This document shows, in pieces, positions 37,608 through 49,668 of a DNA stretch of 64,000 nucleotides. The first letter of the stretch is position 1, and each line of letters starts with the position of its first letter. Source of the DNA: Podargus strigoides (lineage: Eukaryota). The stretch spans positions 17,824,261 through 17,888,260 of the forward strand of contig CM051622.1 in assembly GCA_028020825.1 (NCBI GenBank), in the 5' to 3' direction. The notes beneath the pieces are model-generated. The model was not told where the DNA came from, did no database searches, and was given only the letters and a program-made list of their open reading frames with translations. The position numbers and the translations under genes were made by a program.

Positions 37608-37688
37608 ACTGGAAATTTTTGGCAGCAGGATGCAGTAGCTTGCCTTCAAGAGCTACTTACAAATGAAGAAGTTGAAATACATGTTCAG
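37608..37688 (+). CDS. RNF17: RNF17 exon, Tudor unit 4 (TGNFWQQDAVACLQELLTNEEVEIHVQ)
   Basis: Acceptor ttttcaccaaatag| and donor cag|gtaact; phase 0/0. Confidence 0.6.
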
Positions 37689-38303
37689 GTAACTTAATTT
37701 ATTCGTAGATGTGGAATGAGGTTTTTTGTTCTCTTTTTTTTCTTTTAACTTGTATTAAGAATAATAGGTGAAGGAGTACAGCAGTAGACAAAATCCAAAG
37801 TTGAAGGTATTTCTCCTATGATTTTACCATTATTACAGTTTTCAGGCCTCAAATGAGTCCTTTAGAGGTATTAATATTTTTTGCTCCTCTTCATATTCTT
37901 TGTTGTTGTTCTGACAAACAACCTACCTACCAACAGCATAAATCCTTCTAAATTCAATTTTAAGTGATTAAAATTTGGCATAATTAAGTATGGACATACT
38001 TAAATTGATACAATAACATTATAGGGAAACACATCACTTGTCTGAAAACCTGCAATTTCAGATAGTTTAATTTCTAATGATAAATTGTGAAGAAGCGGCA
38101 TTTACTGAGTGAGCAAACATGGGATAGTGTCTCTGTTAGACTGAGTAGTGGATATATTCCTATTTGTGTCATAACTGATGTTAATGGCCATCCTTACTGG
38201 TCTTGTATCTTTGTATGAGTACAGTGCATATAGGCATGACAGGTTTGAATTTCTTGGTCACTGTTTCAATTGCTGTTAGTCTTATTTTGTCTTGTCTAAG
38301 TAG

Positions 38304-38429
38304 GAATTACCAGATAAGCCATCGGGCAAATTGTCCATCAGCCTGTATTTTGGTGGAATGTCGCTTTCTTCCTTCATGGCATACCAGAAGTACTGTATTG
38401 TCGAAGATTGTCAGGACATACGAGAGCTG
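38304..38429 (+). CDS. RNF17: RNF17 exon, Tudor unit 4 end (ELPDKPSGKLSISLYFGGMSLSSFMAYQKYCIVEDCQDIREL)
   Basis: ORF track 38331..38597 frame; acceptor tcttgtctaagtag| and donor ctg|gtgagg. Confidence 0.6.
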
Positions 38430-41242
38430 GTGAGGGTTTGGGGTTTTTTGTGTGTCATTTGCTGTTGTTATGCTGACATTAAAACAATTACTCAGTTGCT
38501 TGTTGTGACCTTTGACAATTTGTTAATTTCTTCTTGTATTTCTATACAGTTTTGTGATGTAAACAGCAGTAAGAATAAGTGCGCAGCTCTAGCATAGCAA
38601 GTGTAGATGTGATGTGTTGGTAAGTGAGTTGCCAAGAGTTTGTTCTTGGACTCCTTACTGAAAAGAGATTTTTGCATTTCTGTTTAAAGTCCAAATAGTA
38701 TTTGTGTTCCTCTAAAACTTAAGAGGGTAGAAATAGTGTAATATTTTTATCACTTGAAGGAATTAGTTAATAATAGAAATATATCCAAGGGTGGAGATAT
38801 TCAAAAGTAAATTTAACCAAGCATTTCAACATAAAGCTGGTGATTTCTAAGCAAGTTACCTAGGTTCTTCATTCTAAGTGTCTGGGATATTCATCTGGTA
38901 TTGAAATTTTCACCAGGCTTCATTATCTTAACACAAAAAAGTTAGAGAAGTAACTTCTTTGTATTTTTTTTGTCCTTGAAATCTGAGGGGCATTTTTTTT
39001 AAATTACTAAGTTTTTGTTGCTGCATTTTTCTCTGAATTCTGTTTAAGTCTGCCAATGTAGTTTTCTTTCCAACATGAGTCTCTGCTTCATAAAATAATT
39101 TTACAGTTCAGAGTATGCTGCTGTCGCTACTGATGTAAGTTTTGGCATGTGTGCCAGTGGGCTTGTGATGCAGTTAGAAAAATCAGTGTGTATTAGAACT
39201 GAGTAACCATGGAAAACCTAATTGTAAATCAGTATCTTGTTGCACTTTCATAAAGTCAGCACATGACATGCAACTTTCAGCAAACTAAATATGGATCTTG
39301 AAATGAGATTGTATCCTTGAAACAAAAATGAAATTTGGAAAACAAAAATAAAGCCATGTAAGAAGGTTGTAAGCAAGTCGCATTCAGAAAGCCTGGAATG
39401 CTTTCAGCAGGGAATATAGCATTAAGCAGATCCATTCCAGGAATAAGTGATTCTGAACAATTTGTAAGAAAATTAATATTGGAGGTGTTCAGTTGTGGAC
39501 CAAAAAAGGAGCTGGTTCCAGCAGAACCTCAGGAGTAGCAAGTAGAAAGCATGCTGTTCTGAGAACACTGAAAGATAATCAGCTCTGGGTTTAGCTGTAG
39601 AGGCTAAGTAGCCATCCCCACAAGCCAGCTGATACCCTGCATTGACTAAAGGACACTGTGATTATATAAAGTATAGCCATTATATATTTTATTATTTTAT
39701 GGTTTTGTAACTTTATTTCATTGCTTCCAATATGTGTTTTCAGGTAAGTAATCTGATAAGGGCTGTATTCTGTTTCTGTGAGTGTTGTAATTTGTTAATA
39801 GTGGCTTTGCAGATGTAATAAGGAATATAAGCCATTTCTAGGTTTTTAAAGAGTAGACAAAGGCAGGAAGGATGAGGGACAAGTGTTTGAAATGGGTAAC
39901 TCTGAAAGATGGCTTGGTAGAACATCTTTTTATTATCAGTATTTACAACTGGACTGTCTGCCTAAGTGTGGTAGATCTAGCAGTAACCAATCTACTGACA
40001 ATAAGAAAAGACTTAACAACAAAAATGTGGATGCAGTTTTGCTTTCAAAGAAATGCACCAGAGCTGACTGGGATACCTGGCTGAGGTACGTGCAGTGCTC
40101 AGGTGGGAATGAGCTGCAATTTAAGTTGAATCTTTAGAGCCAGGTGCAGTCAGGTGGCCTGTTACAATGTCCCTGATTGCTTTGCAGAAATCTGGCATTT
40201 AGTGTGCTTGTATTGATGATCTAGTTAGACATCCTTTCTTTACTAGTATTTATGAAGATAGACTTCTTTTTAAATCTTAGAAGTACATACTTTAAATGGA
40301 AAAGCTGGGTTTTTTTTAGTTACGTCTGAGGAGCTTAGTGGGTTTTTGTACTGTATCCTGTGTCAGATCATGCGGGGGGAAGAAAGGGTCAGAATTTATT
40401 GTTTTCTTTTGCAGTTACGTTGCTTCCACTTTTCTTTTTGTACTGGGCATAATGAAAACTGTTCATCAAGTAGATGTGTAAAAATAAAATGTATTTTAGA
40501 GAAATTGCACCTTTTGTTATGTATCATATTAAAGTACAAGAGAGAATAGGAGCTGTATTCATAACCAATGGTCCAGCTGAGCTATGTGTGAGACATCCTT
40601 ATAAAGGCATAATTTAATGCACCAAGGTTTATTTTATCATGAAGCAAATGAATTAATGGCCTGTAGAACTCCAACTGTAAAATAAGTGGTTCTAGAAGAA
40701 GATGCACTGGAGCATGCTATTCTGTTGAGACAGTATGTATCTATACTTTGCACAATCTGTTACCTTTTTGAAGGAGTGATGATTCTGGTGGCTAAGGAAT
40801 TAAATTATCCTTTGAATGCCTTGTAAGGGATAACTTGCTCTGACAAACTGCAGTAACATTGGGTACAGCATTCAGGTTAATCCATGCCAGTTAATTCCTA
40901 TTTCAGGTTTTCTTTTTAAATATTTTCTCTCTTTAAAGGGAATTCCATATTTAATGCATTTTTAATTAACGCCAATCAAGTTAGTAAGTCAGTATGTTAG
41001 GACCATTTCAAAGATATATTCTCTATATTTTAAAAGTGTTAATTAACTAATTCTGTTGTCTTTAGCTAAAGCTTTTTTTAAAAACCTAGTAAGTTTTGAA
41101 AAGAAACGTTGATGAATATTTTAGTCATCAAGGAAACACTGTTTTCTGGTTCAAAGTCATTACCTAATAATGTAATCATACCAAAGCTAGTTTGCATTTT
41201 GTTACTAAGTATGATGCTGGACTAAAGTCTTTCTTGGTCTAG

Positions 41243-41353
41243 GAGCTACTTGGAAGTGACTTTCCTGTTTTATCTTCATATACATTGCCACCACTACCTA
41301 TTCCAGGAGATACCTTTCCTGTCAGAGTTACCCATTTGATGTCCCCGAAGGAG
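41243..41353 (+). CDS. RNF17: RNF17 exon, Tudor unit 5 N-terminal part (ELLGSDFPVLSSYTLPPLPIPGDTFPVRVTHLMSPKE)
   Basis: Acceptor ttcttggtctag| and donor gag|gtatgc; carries the VxVxHxxSP motif. Confidence 0.6.
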
Positions 41354-42535
41354 GTATGCTTTGTAAACATCTCATACATGTTGCAGACAGGAAATTTTTC
41401 AGTCTCATCATGCTGGTGAAAAGGAAATGAATGGCTAACAATTTTGGATAGTATAAAAAAAGCATTAGTAAGGTTGCAAAATGCTACTGAGCTATTGATG
41501 CAGATGGGTGTGCCAGTGCAACTATCTGAGTGAACTCTTGCTTGAAATACCCTCTCAGGTGGAGGCAAATAAAGAAATACTGACCATTTCCCAAAATAAT
41601 GAATTTTAAGAATTACAGTACTGCAGTCTGTACTTACTTTGTATAATAAGAAAATAGGTCATTGGATTTTAACTTGGCAGAACAATAGTGATTTATCTCT
41701 TCTTTATTCTCCAGAAAAACTGGAACACTGTGCAGTAATGGGAGCATTTTCTGGCTGTTACAGTTGTATTTTGCTGCCTTAGGTCAATGATCATTTATTT
41801 ATTTATTTTATTGTATAAACCCACACAGCTTCCCTCTAGTAGTCTCCAAGGCAAAAGGCTGAACGTAATGTTCATTGATCAAATAAAATATTCCTGTGTG
41901 ATGAGAACAGGAAGCAGTGAGAAGCTGATCATGTTACAAAGTCTGACATCATATAAGTTGATTGATTTATACTTAAGTGCTTGTGTTTGTTGTTTTGGTA
42001 AATAAGTTTTATAGAAACAAGTTTTATAGAAATGAAGTGATTGCTTTAAATTCAGCATCATGCTCTAATATAAATTCACCCCACTAATTCACTTAAGTAT
42101 AAACATCTTCAACAATAAAAAGATGTATAGCATACGTATACAACTCTTTGGATTATGCACAAGATGAAAGTGTTTGGGAGTCTTAGAAAATTACTTTTCT
42201 TGTGTATTCTACTTCCTCTCTTACAGGGGGAGCATTATAATGAATATTCTTTGGTTTATTTTGTGCAAATGATTTGAACTCTTGCTTTTGAAGGTGGTAT
42301 ATGATTGTAAACACTAAATCCTGCTCTGGGCTACTACAGATTTAAGTAGCAGTTGCGTGATGGAGTTGTGGCTTGATTATATTGTATACAAATTAGAAAA
42401 TGAAAATTAATTTTCTTCCTGGCTAGTGAATTATAATGTTGAGTTCAGATGATAACCTACTCATTAATTTGTTTGGACTATCAGTAAAATATAGTAATGT
42501 TCTGAAATGACTCTGTTTTGTGGGTTGTTGCTTTT

Positions 42536-42563
42536 TAAAAAAAAAAAAAAAAAAAAAAAAGGC
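42536..42563. repeat. (A)27 homopolymer
   Basis: Poly-A run. Confidence 0.9.
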
Positions 42564-43110
42564 ATTTTGGTTAGAAGCTCTTATGTAGGTTTTAATTTGC
42601 CTGTGCATGTTGTTTAAACTTTCATTTCCTTGACCTACAGCATTATACTGATGATCCAGATATAAATTAGGTGAATGGAATGTCTTTGCACAGCAAACAA
42701 AACATGGGTTCAAAAGTTATTCATTCATTAACTTCAGAATTAATCTTCGATTTGATATTATGAAGTGAGATTATTTACCAAATAGCAGGAGGGGAGGAAT
42801 CCTAGTAAGACACAGCTATGAAATCTTATATGGGTATATTCTCATTCTTACTTTTTAACATTGAAATGTGGTGCTAATAAATCATGACCTCTTCTGCTTT
42901 TGGAAAGAATTTTATGTAAATATGGAATTATCATAAATTGAGGAAAGAAGAAAGGGGAGCAAGGACATGCTGAACCTTTCAAAGATGGAAACAAGTAATC
43001 TAATAATCCTTGCTTGCTGATGGAATTTGAAGGTTCTAAGTCATCTGCAAAAATTGTAATATGACCACCTTTTATTTGAATAGATATATATTTGCCTTGA
43101 TCTTTCTAAG

Positions 43111-43234
43111 AACCTTATGAAGCAGTCTGCCACAGAGGAACATGCCGACTCTGACTCGGGAAGCCTTCATAAAGCCCTGAAATGGTGCAACAAAAGTGTG
43201 AAGTTTTTCCGTCCTGTAACACATTTCCAAACAG
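43111..43234 (+). CDS. RNF17: RNF17 exon, Tudor unit 5 linker (NLMKQSATEEHADSDSGSLHKALKWCNKSVKFFRPVTHFQT)
   Basis: Predicted from a phase gap (0 in / 1 out required). Acceptor tctttctaag| and donor g|gtatat. The overlapping ORF-track entry is in a different frame. Confidence 0.5.
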
Positions 43235-43394
43235 GTATATTAGTGTGTTTGTTTTCCCTGGTTTTTCATGTGGATGTACAAAAAGCCTGAAATTATTTCT
43301 GAAGAATAGAGATAATTATATTTTAATGTACCTTGAAATAAAACTTTCGGAGAATAAGGAGTAACACTACACTAGAGTCATATGATATGCTGTA

Positions 43395-43760
43395 ATTGTG
43401 AGTGTAAAAAACACTAAGCTGAGGGGAGACCTCATCGCTCTCTACAGCTGCCTGAAAGGAAGTTGTAGTGAGGTGGGATTAGGTATCTCCTCTCAAGTAA
43501 CAAGCAATAGGATGAGGGGAAATGGCCTCAAGTTGCACCAGGGGAGGTTTAGATGGGATATTGGGAAAAATTTATTTACTGAAAGGGTTATCAGGCATTG
43601 GCACAGGCTGCCTGGGGCAGTGGTGGAGTCCCCATCCCTGGAGGGATTTAAAAGACAGGTAGATGTGGCACTTAAGGATACGGTTTAGTGGGACTTGGCA
43701 GTGCTAGGTTAATGGTTGGACTCAGTGATCTTAAAGGTCTCTTCTAACCTAAATGATTCT
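43395..43760 (+). mobile_element. CR1 3' end, sense, with ORF2 C-terminal remnant
   Basis: ORF 43398..43688 encodes LRGDLIALY...[44 protein letters not shown], and the element ends ...ctaaatgattcttctat. Confidence 0.85.
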
Positions 43761-44401
43761 TCTATAATAATATGTTTTTACTTTTCATGAAATTGAGACT
43801 TCTGTGTCATTCTGCTCCACTGGAAAATGATGGAAAGACTCAGACTTCTGATGCCTGTTAAAGCTGATGAGCTGAGTTTAGATTGCATGTGGTAAAAATA
43901 AAACTTCTTCCTTAAGGCCACTGTCACTGAAGCTGTAACTGTGAAAATCTTGCTATTAAATATTCAAAAGACACAAGTTGTGTACAGAAAAATGTTACCA
44001 AAAGTTAGAAATTACGTGAACCTGAAAGAGCATTGCGTCTAGATTTCTCTGTATAGGCAAAAGATGGGCTATAATTCTCTTGTCCACAGCTGTTTGGCCT
44101 TAAAATAACATAAAGTATGTGGGTCTAGAACTTTGTGAAGAAACCAGTTATTGCTAGTACTTGGTTCTACCAACTAGTAAAATTCTGGTTGAGATTTTAG
44201 GCAGCATCTGCCTTCTGTCCTCCAGACTACTGTCTATTTTCTTTCGGTTAGTAAATAGATCGTTCTGTAATGTGCAAAGGAGTCGAGACTGAAAGGTTTA
44301 AACACTAAACAGTTTGGATCACCATCTTTACCAAGCAATTTGCTGTTACTTCTCATCATTGCCATGTGATGTAGAGAAACCCAGCTGAAATAAAACTACT
44401 A

Positions 44402-44445
44402 ATCCCAGAATGGTTTGGGTTGGAAGGGACCTTAGAGGATGCATA
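44402..44445 (-). mobile_element. Very short CR1 terminal fragment, antisense
   Basis: cccagaatggtttgggttggaagggaccttagaggat. Confidence 0.4.
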
Positions 44446-44590
44446 GAACAAAATATTAGCATGAACTGGAGAAGGAAGAAAAAACTTAATCACAAAGTAA
44501 AATGGATTTTGAAGTTCAGTTAGTTTGTACTGCACTGAGAGTATATTTTGGGGTGTTTTGTGGTGGGTTGTTTTTTTTTTCTTTTTACAG

Positions 44591-44726
44591 AAATGCCTTG
44601 CCTCGTAGAATACCAGGATGGTTTATGGTATAGAGCTAAGCTCCTCTCCATTAAAGAACTTAACCCTGTTAAGATCCTGGTTCAGTTTGTTGACTATGGT
44701 ACTTTTTCAGTTGTCCCAACAAGCAA
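44591..44726 (+). CDS. RNF17: RNF17 exon, Tudor unit 5 core ([45 protein letters not shown])
   Basis: ORF track 44548..44730; acceptor tttttctttttacag| and donor aa|gtaagt; textbook Tudor core. Confidence 0.7.
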
Positions 44727-45329
44727 GTAAGTACATAAGAAAAGAATGCATGTAAAATGTCTATGTTGTGTATGTATGTATACACTTGCATTATAAAATA
44801 TGTACTTCTAAGTAAGCTTATGTATGTTTACATTTATCTTTATTTTATATAGCTGTAGATATTTATAATAATTTAGCATTAGATTTTAGTTGGAGAGAAA
44901 GTTGGTAGGCTGGTTAAATAATTTCTGTCTGCAGGGTATGGAGTTGTGCAGTTGTTGTGAGAAGCCCATTATTATAATATCAGATTTCTCCATCATCTTT
45001 AGGTTACTTAACCTGGGAAGCAGGCTCAGGCTTATAATCCACTTTTGCATGCAGCAAGCTTACACAAAGTAGGGACTGAGCTGTCCAGGTGTACAAACAA
45101 ATCCTCTGATCCTGTGTGACTGCAGTCCACTGGGGAATGAGATAAGGGAGTATCTGAGTGCAACACACCCCCTGCTGCTTGTGTGGAAATCAGAAGTTCA
45201 GATCTCTGTTCTGCCTGGTGCTGAGCTGCTCTAGGAGCGGCTCCTGTGCTGACACACAGATGTCAGCTAAGTGGCTCAAACACCCTAGGCTTTTAAGGTC
45301 CTCTGAGTTTGAATTTTCTCTCTTGAAGT

Positions 45330-45890
45330 ACTTTCACTTTATATGTATGTGTGTATATGTATGTATATATGCGTGTGCGTGTGTATGCATGTGTGCGTGT
45401 GTATGTGTGCACGCGTGTGCGTGTATATATGTGTGCGTGTATGCGTGCACGCGTGTGCGTGTATATATGTGTGCGTGTATGCGTGCACGCGTGTGCGTGT
45501 ATATATGTGTGCGTGTATGCGTGCACGCGTGTGCGTGTATATATGTGTGCGCGTGTATGCGTGCACGCGTGTGCGTGTATATATGTGTGCGCGTGTATGC
45601 GTGCACGCGTGTGCGTGTATATATGTGTGCGCGTGTATGCGTGCACGCGTGTGCGTGTATATATGTGTGCGCGTGTATGCGTGCACGCGTGTGCGTGTAT
45701 ATATGTGTGCGCGTGTATGCGTGCACGCGTGTGCGTGTATATATGTGTGCGCGTGTATGCGTGCACGCGTGTGCGTGTATATATGTGTGCGTGTGTATGC
45801 GTGCACGCGTGTGCGTGTATATATGTGTGCGTGTGTATGCGTGCACGCGTGTGCGTGTATATATGTGTGTGCATGTGTATATGGACCACA
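45330..45890. repeat. Minisatellite with a ~38-40 bp unit (gtgtatatatgtgtgcg(cg)tgtatgcgtgcacgcgtgtgc), at least 12 copies, made of alternating purine-pyrimidine GT/GC
   Basis: The tandem periodicity is directly visible. It lies in the RNF17 intron between exons 44591 and 46280 and is the source of ORF-track entries 45158..46178 on both strands. Confidence 0.9.
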
Positions 45891-46279
45891 AGGGTCTATA
45901 TCGTTTTCCAGATGCACCAGATTTGGAGCCTGCATTGTGATGACTTGTGTTTGCCTTCCTGTGCTCAGATCTGTATTCGGCACTTGAGACTTCCCCGAGC
46001 ACTGTAATGGGGAGGCAGTGTGCCTGGTGGGCTCAGGGGTCTGTATGATACTGGTCTGCTTCTTGGTGGCTGCTGTGCTGAAGTCCTTCACTGGGCCTAG
46101 CCCCGCCTGATGAATTGTTTGGTCTGACACCAGCATGGTGGTGTAGAGCGGGGACTCGGATCCCAGTTCCCACACCATAAATCTACCACATGAACCATTA
46201 AGCTGTCCTTATGTCTGTACTGACAGTGTACCTTGACAGGTGGATTGTTGCAGGCAAACATTTTTCACTTTTGTTTTAG

Positions 46280-46469
46280 GTTGCGTCTCATACCTTCTCA
46301 TCTGCTGAAGTACCCTGTTCAGGCAGTACAAGTTGTGTTGGCTGGATTTAAACCTGCTCTATATGAAAAAAATGTGGAAAGAATTCCTTATTCCCCAGAA
46401 TGGAGTTTGGAAGCATTGTGGGCTATGATGGAGTGTGTTGAAGGAAAACAGCTCTCTGCTTCCATACTT
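46280..46469 (+). CDS. RNF17: RNF17 exon, Tudor unit 5 (K LRLIPSHLLKYPVQAVQVVLAGFKPALYEKNVERIPYSPEWSLEALWAMMECVEGKQLSASIL)
   Basis: ORF track 46233..46511; acceptor cacttttgttttag| and donor ctt|gtgaga. Confidence 0.65.
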
Positions 46470-46821
46470 GTGAGAAACATTTTTTTTCCTCTTAGTTCTT
46501 GCTCAGCCTAAAATTCTTACTGGCACCCTGAGTATAATTTCTGAGTATTGGTTTTACACTCATAATTTAAAATTGTGAACCATTTCCCTTGAAGGAATGC
46601 TGATGACGGGAGAAAATCATGTGGTGCTCTTCTTAATCCTGCAAACAAAAAGTTCCTGAGCATTCTTGTTATTTTAAAACCAGTTTCCTTTACTTAAAAA
46701 CAGAAATATTCTTTGTATACCCACAGTTCCATTTAGGCAGTGAGTATAGCCAGTAAAATAACTCTTACTATTGAGATTTCAATCTGTTGATGTCAAAACT
46801 GTGTGTACTTCTGGTTTTCAG

Positions 46822-46920
46822 GCTCTTTCACCAGAGGTCACCATTTGTTTATATGATGATGAGAAAAATCTAGTTCACATGAAACTAGTAGAAATGGGAC
46901 TTGCAGATTTGGATGAGTGA
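46822..46920 (+). CDS. RNF17: RNF17 terminal coding exon (ALSPEVTICLYDDEKNLVHMKLVEMGLADLDE*); stop TGA at 46918-46920
   Basis: Acceptor tctggttttcag|; in-frame stop; the ...LVxxGLA ending is typical of an extended-Tudor C-terminus. Confidence 0.7.
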   Translation, partial: ALSPEVTICLYDDEKNLVHMKLVEMGLADLDE

Positions 46921-47057
46921 CATGTAAGTATGAAAAATTCAGACCGTTGTGAAGGTATGATTTTAGAAGTCGTAAGTAAAGTCTAAATTGTCAGTAATGT
47001 TGATAACTAGATTTTTTTTAAAAAAAAAATCCCTTCTGTCCACACTTCCACTTTTTA

Positions 47058-47063
47058 AATAAA
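47058..47063 (+). promoter_or_regulatory. RNF17: AATAAA, candidate polyadenylation signal for the RNF17-like transcript (3' UTR about 140 nt)
   Basis: First canonical hexamer downstream of the stop codon. Confidence 0.35.
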
Positions 47064-47834
47064 AGCTATCCAAGAAATTGAATTTTGTTACATACACATT
47101 ACTGAAGCCCACAGTATAGCTTTAAGAATTAAGAGGTACTGAATTAAGAGCCCTAAGCATGACAGAAAGAGCTTTTGCTGCTAGAAACTGAGGAAAGTAA
47201 CTTGCAGATGAGTGCAGAGTACTCTGCCCAAGCAATCAAAATTAATTATTTTTCTTCATTTTCAGCATTTGATCTCAGTGTCCAGTGCCAGTGGTTCTCT
47301 GACAGATCTATGATAACATGTGGATGTCCATACATCTAGTCGAACATGGAATATTTTAAATGAAAAGCTTTACAGTATGTGTTGTCTACAGAGAATACTG
47401 GAGACCTAGATTTTCTAATTTCTTGGCCAAATCTGTGTTGAACAGTCCTTTTCCCTCCCTCCCATTTAATAAGCACTTTTCTAATCTATGTTTATACAGT
47501 TGGGGGTAGGGGAGTATTACAATCTTTGTTCTGGAACATGTTTGTGTTGCTGCTGTGTTTTCTGTTTCCAGTCATGATTAGATGGATGTGTTCTGGGTGT
47601 CCTTGCACCTCCTTCCTACTCCGGGAGCTCTAGTGTTCATTTGAAAGTGTTGGAATAAACAAGAGCTTGTTCAGCATGCAAGTGAAAGCTTGGGTTTTTT
47701 TCTACTGCTACAGTATGTAAAGTTTCTTTGAATGTCTCTTTATTGTGGTAGTGTACATGTAGATTATATATTAAAGTTCAGCCCCTTTCAGCCTCCCCAT
47801 GGAGAATTTTGTCTAGGTTATCAAGGAAAAAACA

Positions 47835-47955
47835 TGCATGATGAAGATTCTACAACCTCTCTGGGCAACCAGTTCCAGTGCTCAGTTGCCCTCACAGTAA
47901 AGAAGTGTTTCTTGATGTTCAGAGGGAGCCTCCTGTGTTTCAGTTTGTGCACATA
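47835..47955 (-). mobile_element. CR1 fragment, antisense, in the RNF17-CENPJ intergenic region
   Basis: ctacaacctctctgggcaaccagttccagtgctcagttgccctcacagtaaagaag...cctcctgtgtttcagtttgtgc. Confidence 0.6.
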
Positions 47956-48709
47956 CACACATACCCTTATGTACATTTCTTCCCTCAATCATGTGAAAGC
48001 AAGTGTACAAAACTTCTCTCAGTAGCATTGCTCAGGCACGCTGCAAGGGTAGCTTGCCTGTCTGTACTAACTCTGGATAGATACTACAGAATTTTAAAAT
48101 ACAAGTCTGCTTAAAAATGCCCATTAGGTGGAAGAATTGGATGAGATGACCTTTATTAATTTTTGGTATTTCCTCCCACATTTCTGAGTAGCTTGGAACA
48201 TTAACCTGTCCTATAGTCTTCTCTCTCCTAGTCTTATGAATATGGAAGAACAGTTTACAGAACAGACTTTGGGGTCTGTTAGGCAACTTAGGCAACTGCT
48301 GTTGCCTAACTGTGAAATGAAGGAGAAAAAAGATGATGAGGGAAGAAGAATACCCTAAGGCTAACTGAAAAGGAATGCTGCCATTTGTTTACTCTTAAGT
48401 CAAGCAATAAGTAAACTGATACCCAGATTCTTAAATCTGGCCACCTGCTGTATTTTACCACAGGAGCAGTTCCAACAGCACAGCTTCTTACCTTTCTTAT
48501 CTTTTTTCTTAGATGTCTAAAATAAGATAATCTATAGCTGTTAGTGAAAATTTAGACAGGTGAGGACTTTTGTTGTTGTTTTTTTTTTAAACACCACACC
48601 CTTTAAACAACACCTAACAGAGTACCAAATCAGTGAACTGCTGCTTAGAAGTAGAGATGGGAAAAAATTAGAAAAAACTCTGATATATTAACACCCACTG
48701 AAAAATAAT

Positions 48710-48715
48710 TTTATT
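48710..48715 (-). promoter_or_regulatory. CENPJ: AATAAA on the minus strand, candidate CENPJ polyadenylation signal (3' UTR about 115 nt)
   Basis: Plus-strand TTTATT, which is the first AATAAA downstream of the stop on the minus strand. Confidence 0.3.
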
Positions 48716-48831
48716 TCAGGAAGACCATAAACAATATATACACAACAAACTTAAAGGGGTTTCTCTTGTTTACAGGAATGTACATTATTTTTGCTGATGT
48801 GCTAGCACTTTAACAGTTTTGACATTACCTA

Positions 48832-49021
48832 CAACTTAGTGTCCATGATAATATTACCATCCTTGTCCTTTACTCTTACTCTCCCAGAAACATACTTTGT
48901 TTCCTGCTGTCCATTCATGTACACAGTCTTGACAGTACCATCTGGATACTCCCGTCTCTTGAACTGTGACGTGTGTAGTTCTCTCTGGCCATTATTGAAT
49001 TCTATAGTTTTGCTGCCATCT
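48832..49021 (-). CDS. CENPJ: CENPJ last coding exon ([64 protein letters not shown]); stop TAG at 48829-48831 (minus)
   Basis: Minus-strand acceptor ttaatacag|; G-box repeat; an in-frame stop directly follows. Confidence 0.75.
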
Positions 49022-49668
49022 CTGTATTAAATAAATGTCAGTATTTAAAAAAAAAAAAACCAAACAAACAAACCACAAACCAACATTGTAAGGACTATAC
49101 ATAGGCTTAATCTCAGAACAAACATTAAATATGCAAGCCTAAATGAAGAAAGACCTTAAAAAAATACAGTTTTTGTGAAGAGCCAGTTCTGTTAAATATC
49201 ATCCCAGCTGGCTGTTATTCAAAAACCTGTTTCTGCAAAACTGATGTAACTTCTTTATACTTGAAAGCCTCTAGTGCACCTTCTCTGCACTAAATCTATT
49301 GCTGCAGCAGTCCAAGAATAAGTTTTTAAAGTTTTAAACTTTATGTTCTGCATACTGTCAGGTTGGATGTCAGCCCTGTATGCTGCAGGTTCTCACATAT
49401 TCTGTAGAATTACACACAAGTCTGAAAAACCTCTCAGGTTATGGTATGAGAAAATACACAAAGGCATTCAGTCTTTGTGTCTCCAAGCTACAAAAAACCC
49501 AAGAAAATAAAATCCAAAATTTCAAACAGTAAATTAATGTTCACAGTACCCTATGTTCAAATGAAACCACCTAGCAATAGCTGTGTTATCACATACTGCC
49601 TCTGTCAGTGAGCCCTAATGGCTCCTTTCCCATCACCAGGCCAGGGTACCTGAAGAGGTAACGCTTAC

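Larger units (their letters stand above)
2557..47063 (+). other. RNF17: RNF17 (TDRD4)-like multi-Tudor gene, partial: 5' RING/B-box exons lie upstream of the window; about 30 coding exons, the stop and a polyA signal are in the window
   Basis: A phase-consistent exon chain assembles into a protein with five extended Tudor units (motifs such as [124 protein letters not shown]). The tail-to-tail CENPJ neighbour matches human 13q12 synteny. Confidence 0.6.

Noticed and set aside
42423-42713. 96-aa minus ORF spanning the (A)27 tract
   Set aside because: The Phe-rich stretch is simply poly-A translated on the opposite strand; it is intronic.
45158-46178. Six overlapping 198-279 aa ORFs on both strands (C/V/R/Y-rich or H/T/Y/A-rich)
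   Set aside because: They are produced entirely by the 38-40 bp GT/GC minisatellite, with low-complexity periodic translation and no splice context. They are not genes.
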